Shown here piece by piece: positions 62,101 through 64,000 of a DNA stretch of 64,000 nt (position 1 is the first letter of the stretch; each line of letters begins with the position of its first letter). This DNA is from Thermoplasmata archaeon (GTDB taxonomy: Archaea; Thermoplasmatota; Thermoplasmata; RBG-16-68-12; JAGMCJ01). The notes beneath the pieces are model-generated. The model saw only the letters and a list, made by a program, of their open reading frames with translations. It was not told the origin of the DNA and did no database searches. Where the stretch lies: the NCBI GenBank assembly GCA_023136265.1, contig JAGLRN010000034.1:761-64760 (forward strand), given 5' to 3'. A program made the translations under genes and the position numbers.

Positions 62101-64000
62101 CTCCAGTCCGACCTATGACCAGGTGAGTGATCGCACCTACACCTGGAACGTCGGGACCGTTCAGCCCGGTGCGGGAGGTTCGATAACCCTTGTCGTCGAG
62201 GTCGATGCTGGAACTGCTGACGAAACAGTGCTCACGAACGCGGGCACACTGGACTACGACGATGCGAATGGGAACCCCCTGCCTCAACTAACCGATACCG
62301 CCGAAACCACAGTCACCTCGCCGATAATGTCACTCTCCAAGGAGGCTGACGTGGAGTACGCCGACCCAGGGGACAGCATTGTCTACACGATATCCTACTA
62401 CAACCATGGCACCGGTGTCGCCACCGATGTGACAATCGTGGATACGATTCCATCCGATACCACCTTCCAGAGCGCATCCCCTTCACCGGACAACGAGAAC
62501 GGCGATGTTCTGACTTGGTATGTGGGAATCGTGGATGCCGACTCAGGCGGAACGATAACAGTCACAGTGACTGTTGATGCGTTCACACCCGATGAGACAG
62601 TTCTCAACAACACCGTTACACTTGACTATGACGACGCAAACGGGAATCCCTACGACCAGCTCTCAGACTACGCGGTGACGTTCACAACGGCCCCAATCAT
62701 GACCGTGACTAAGGTGGCCGACGTGGAATACGCCGATCCTAGCGATACCATCATGTACACTATCACGTACACGAACTCCGGGACCGGATCTGCCACCAAC
62801 GTCGTCATCGAGGACACGATACCGCCAGAGACCACGTTCCAGAATTCCAATCCCACTTACACATCCAAGAGCGGAGACACATACACGTGGGATATCGGGA
62901 CAGTCGGTCCAGGCGTTACCGGACATGTCTACATCAACGTGACAGTGGATGCTGGAACCCCAGATCAGACCGTGATGACCAACTTCGTCGTTCTGAACTA
63001 TGACGACAACAACAGCAATGAGCAGCCGGAAGAGGACGACAGTGTGGACGTGACAGTCACTGCACCCGTCATGACCATAAGCAAGGTGGCGGATGTGGCC
63101 ACGGCGGATCCCGGTGATTACATAGAGTACACAATTACGTATGAGAACACAGGGACAGGCGATGCCACCGACGTGACGATAGTGGACACGATTCCGGCGG
63201 AGACCACCTTCATCGATTCGGATCCCGACTACACGTCTCAGAACGGGGACACCTACACATGGGAGGTCGGCGATGTCGGAGCTGGTGATAGCGGGACCAT
63301 TTCGGTCACCGTTCAGGTCGATGTCGGAACAGCTGACGGCACGGTCTTGACCAACACGGTCGTTATGAACTATGACGATGCCAATGGAAACCCGATTCCG
63401 GAGGAGTCTGATAGCGTAGACGTCACCGTCACGGCTCCGATAATGACAATCAGCAAGTGTGCGGATGTCAGTACCGCCGACCCAGGCGATTCCATTACGT
63501 ACACGATAAAGTACAAGAACACTGGAAGCGGACAGGCCACAGGTGTTGTAGTCACAGACACAATACCTGCTGATACCACATTCAGCAGCTCAAATCCAAC
63601 CTACGACGAGGTGAGTGGAGACACATACACCTGGAACATCGGCGTTGTTGGCGCGTACAGCAGCGGAACGATAACTGTCGTTGTCACCGTCGATATCGGA
63701 ACTCCTGATGGTACTGTCCTCACGAACAGCGTGACGTTGGACTACGACGATGCCAATGGGAACCCATACCCGCAGGAAAGCGACTCCGTGGATGTTACTG
63801 TAACGGCTCCGATAGTGTCGTTCAGTAAGTCCGTCGACAAGAGCCAGGCGAATCCTGATGACACGCTCGTCTACACGCTCTCATATGAGAACACCGGAAC
63901 TGGCTGGACAACCGGCATTGTCGTGAATGACACGATACCGGCCGACACGACTTTCGTTAGTTCCGACCCGAACTTCGACTTCAACAGCGGGGACTTCTAC
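59177..64000 (+). CDS. giant cell-surface protein with at least 11 tandem DUF11 (conserved repeat) domains; 3' end beyond window
   Basis: Frame is open from 59114 to the window end. Signal-anchor ...KRARSISIVVVLILGTLVMAA (alternative TTG start at 59237). Repeats of ~123 aa follow the consensus APIMT.SK.ADVEYADPGDTI.YT.TY.NTGTG.ATDV.IVDTIP..TTF..S.P.Y......DTYTW.IG.V.PG.SGTITV.V.VDAGT.D.TVLTN...LDYDDANGNP. Confidence 0.75.
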   Translation, partial: MRFFFGRGEGVQNDAEEWVNLTKWTAILQQTKRARSISIVVVLILGTLVMAAQPQEEGQGELPTWPNETDWVNYTFDGERIRDWEDKPYETDPTHGPADVNPDAVDIASGVDATGGGPENNPGDYTSVQYYYYDEYGDSDNFTNIEDDWMFLRMRVAGDPKHGGKYAYKAYHWDILFEFDYDEWKELVVDLNGGNGYYKFGTVGTYYNNSLTHRYDPDNDWIWRAEASGNLNNYTRVTDINYSNGDPDDDQWWIEYMIPVTAFKADNDTQLLGKDTYFLLFFSTSASLTNPLQKDWMGEFVFGEPANLTVAKVAQEEIVSPGDTIHYTMYYNNTGDFLSKYVWVNDTIPGGTTYESAYPAPASIDGSVVRWFFEDVLPGNYSILLNVTVGADIGDGTILTNYVYLNFTDSTGGYVGEVWDSVDVLVTGPTMEFSKAVSIEYADPGDTITYTLTYSNTGAGTATDVTIVDTIPPETTFVDSTPMYDEVDGDTYTWYIGTVPGYTTGYVYIDVTVDAYTENGTLLVNYATMDFDDVNGNPQDQLDDYANVTVTAPLMTVSKVADVEYADPGDTIVYTITYENTLTGTATDVVVEDIIPSYTTLVETNPMYDDFDGTTITWLLGEVPGVSGGTITVTVTVDAFTPDETVLTNLVMLNYDDANGNPYPMESDTATVVVTAPIMSFSKEADADYADPGDTITYWLNYSNYGTGLATDVTVVDVIPSDTTFISSDPSYTSHDGDTYTWLVGDVSSGGSGTITVVVQVDAGTADGTELTNYATLDYDDANGNSQPQLDDSTTTFVTAPVMTVTKTANVDFADPGDQIVYWVFYENTGTGWATNVVIQDTIPEHVTFISSDPAYTSVDGRTYTWEIGDVGPGSSDTITITVEVDAGTSDEIVLTNYVLLQYQDNNGNDMPDEEDSETVTVTAPVMTFSKTADVDYADPSDEITYTLSYQNVGTGVATDVVVTDTIPEHTSYVSSSPTYDQVSDRTYTWNVGTVQPGAGGSITLVVEVDAGTADETVLTNAGTLDYDDANGNPLPQLTDTAETTVTSPIMSLSKEADVEYADPGDSIVYTISYYNHGTGVATDVTIVDTIPSDTTFQSASPSPDNENGDVLTWYVGIVDADSGGTITVTVTVDAFTPDETVLNNTVTLDYDDANGNPYDQLSDYAVTFTTAPIMTVTKVADVEYADPSDTIMYTITYTNSGTGSATNVVIEDTIPPETTFQNSNPTYTSKSGDTYTWDIGTVGPGVTGHVYINVTVDAGTPDQTVMTNFVVLNYDDNNSNEQPEEDDSVDVTVTAPVMTISKVADVATADPGDYIEYTITYENTGTGDATDVTIVDTIPAETTFIDSDPDYTSQNGDTYTWEVGDVGAGDSGTISVTVQVDVGTADGTVLTNTVVMNYDDANGNPIPEESDSVDVTVTAPIMTISKCADVSTADPGDSITYTIKYKNTGSGQATGVVVTDTIPADTTFSSSNPTYDEVSGDTYTWNIGVVGAYSSGTITVVVTVDIGTPDGTVLTNSVTLDYDDANGNPYPQESDSVDVTVTAPIVSFSKSVDKSQANPDDTLVYTLSYENTGTGWTTGIVVNDTIPADTTFVSSDPNFDFNSGDFY
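60093..64000 (+). repeat. in-frame tandem repeat array, ~370-bp period, >=11 copies (DUF11 domain repeats)
   Basis: ADPGD[TS]I.YT motifs recur near 60130, 60500, 60870, 61240, 61620, 61990, 62360, 62730, 63100, 63470 and 63840. Confidence 0.6.

Noticed and set aside
60093-64000. Possible CRISPR or non-coding tandem repeat array suggested by strong ~370-bp DNA periodicity
   Set aside because: The repeats are imperfect, in frame, and encode a conserved protein domain (DUF11-like). There are no short direct repeats with unique spacers. No CRISPR array is present anywhere in the window.

Overview
Archaeal chromosomal segment, GC-rich and densely coding. The archaeal assignment rests on an Sm-like protein, ribosomal protein S3Ae, flap endonuclease Fen1, PurP, archaeal-type DtdA, class I LysRS, PAC2 and DUF835 proteins, intron-containing tRNAs and TATA-box promoters about 30 nt upstream of starts. 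The gene content looks Euryarchaeota/Thermoplasmatota-like, but I cannot confirm lineage without a database search. I call roughly 65 genes. Housekeeping genes include pyrBI, pyrDK, purP, polX, fen1, glnS, lysK, a two-subunit 2-oxoacid:ferredoxin oxidoreductase, a GlmM-like mutase with a sugar nucleotidyltransferase, and the S3Ae-tRNA-Met pair. There are three ABC systems, an MTA/purine salvage operon (MTAP, MtaD, HGPRT-like) and a sulfur-relay cluster (DsrE-like, TusA-like, SQR-like, ArsR). Repeat-rich surface proteins sit at both ends of the window: a protein with nine Ig-like repeats, a beta-helix/PKD membrane protein with a cytoplasmic double-wHTH tail, and a giant DUF11-repeat protein that runs off the window end. 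The most system-like accessory region spans 22-33 kb. It holds four paralogous small winged-HTH proteins, three of them in tandem, coupled to KaiC-like and DUF835-like (degenerate RecA-fold) modules, plus an HTH-TPR protein. Other unusual items are a bacterial-type GlnRS flanked by two tRNA-Gln(CUG) genes (one carrying a non-canonical D-loop intron), a family-4 UDG fused to a NUDIX hydrolase, a TusA-like ORF with no canonical start codon, and an ABC importer operon with no binding-protein gene but FN3-like domains on its permease. I found no CRISPR array, transposase or integrase. Every call comes from reading the translated ORFs and the DNA by eye; I ran no database search.
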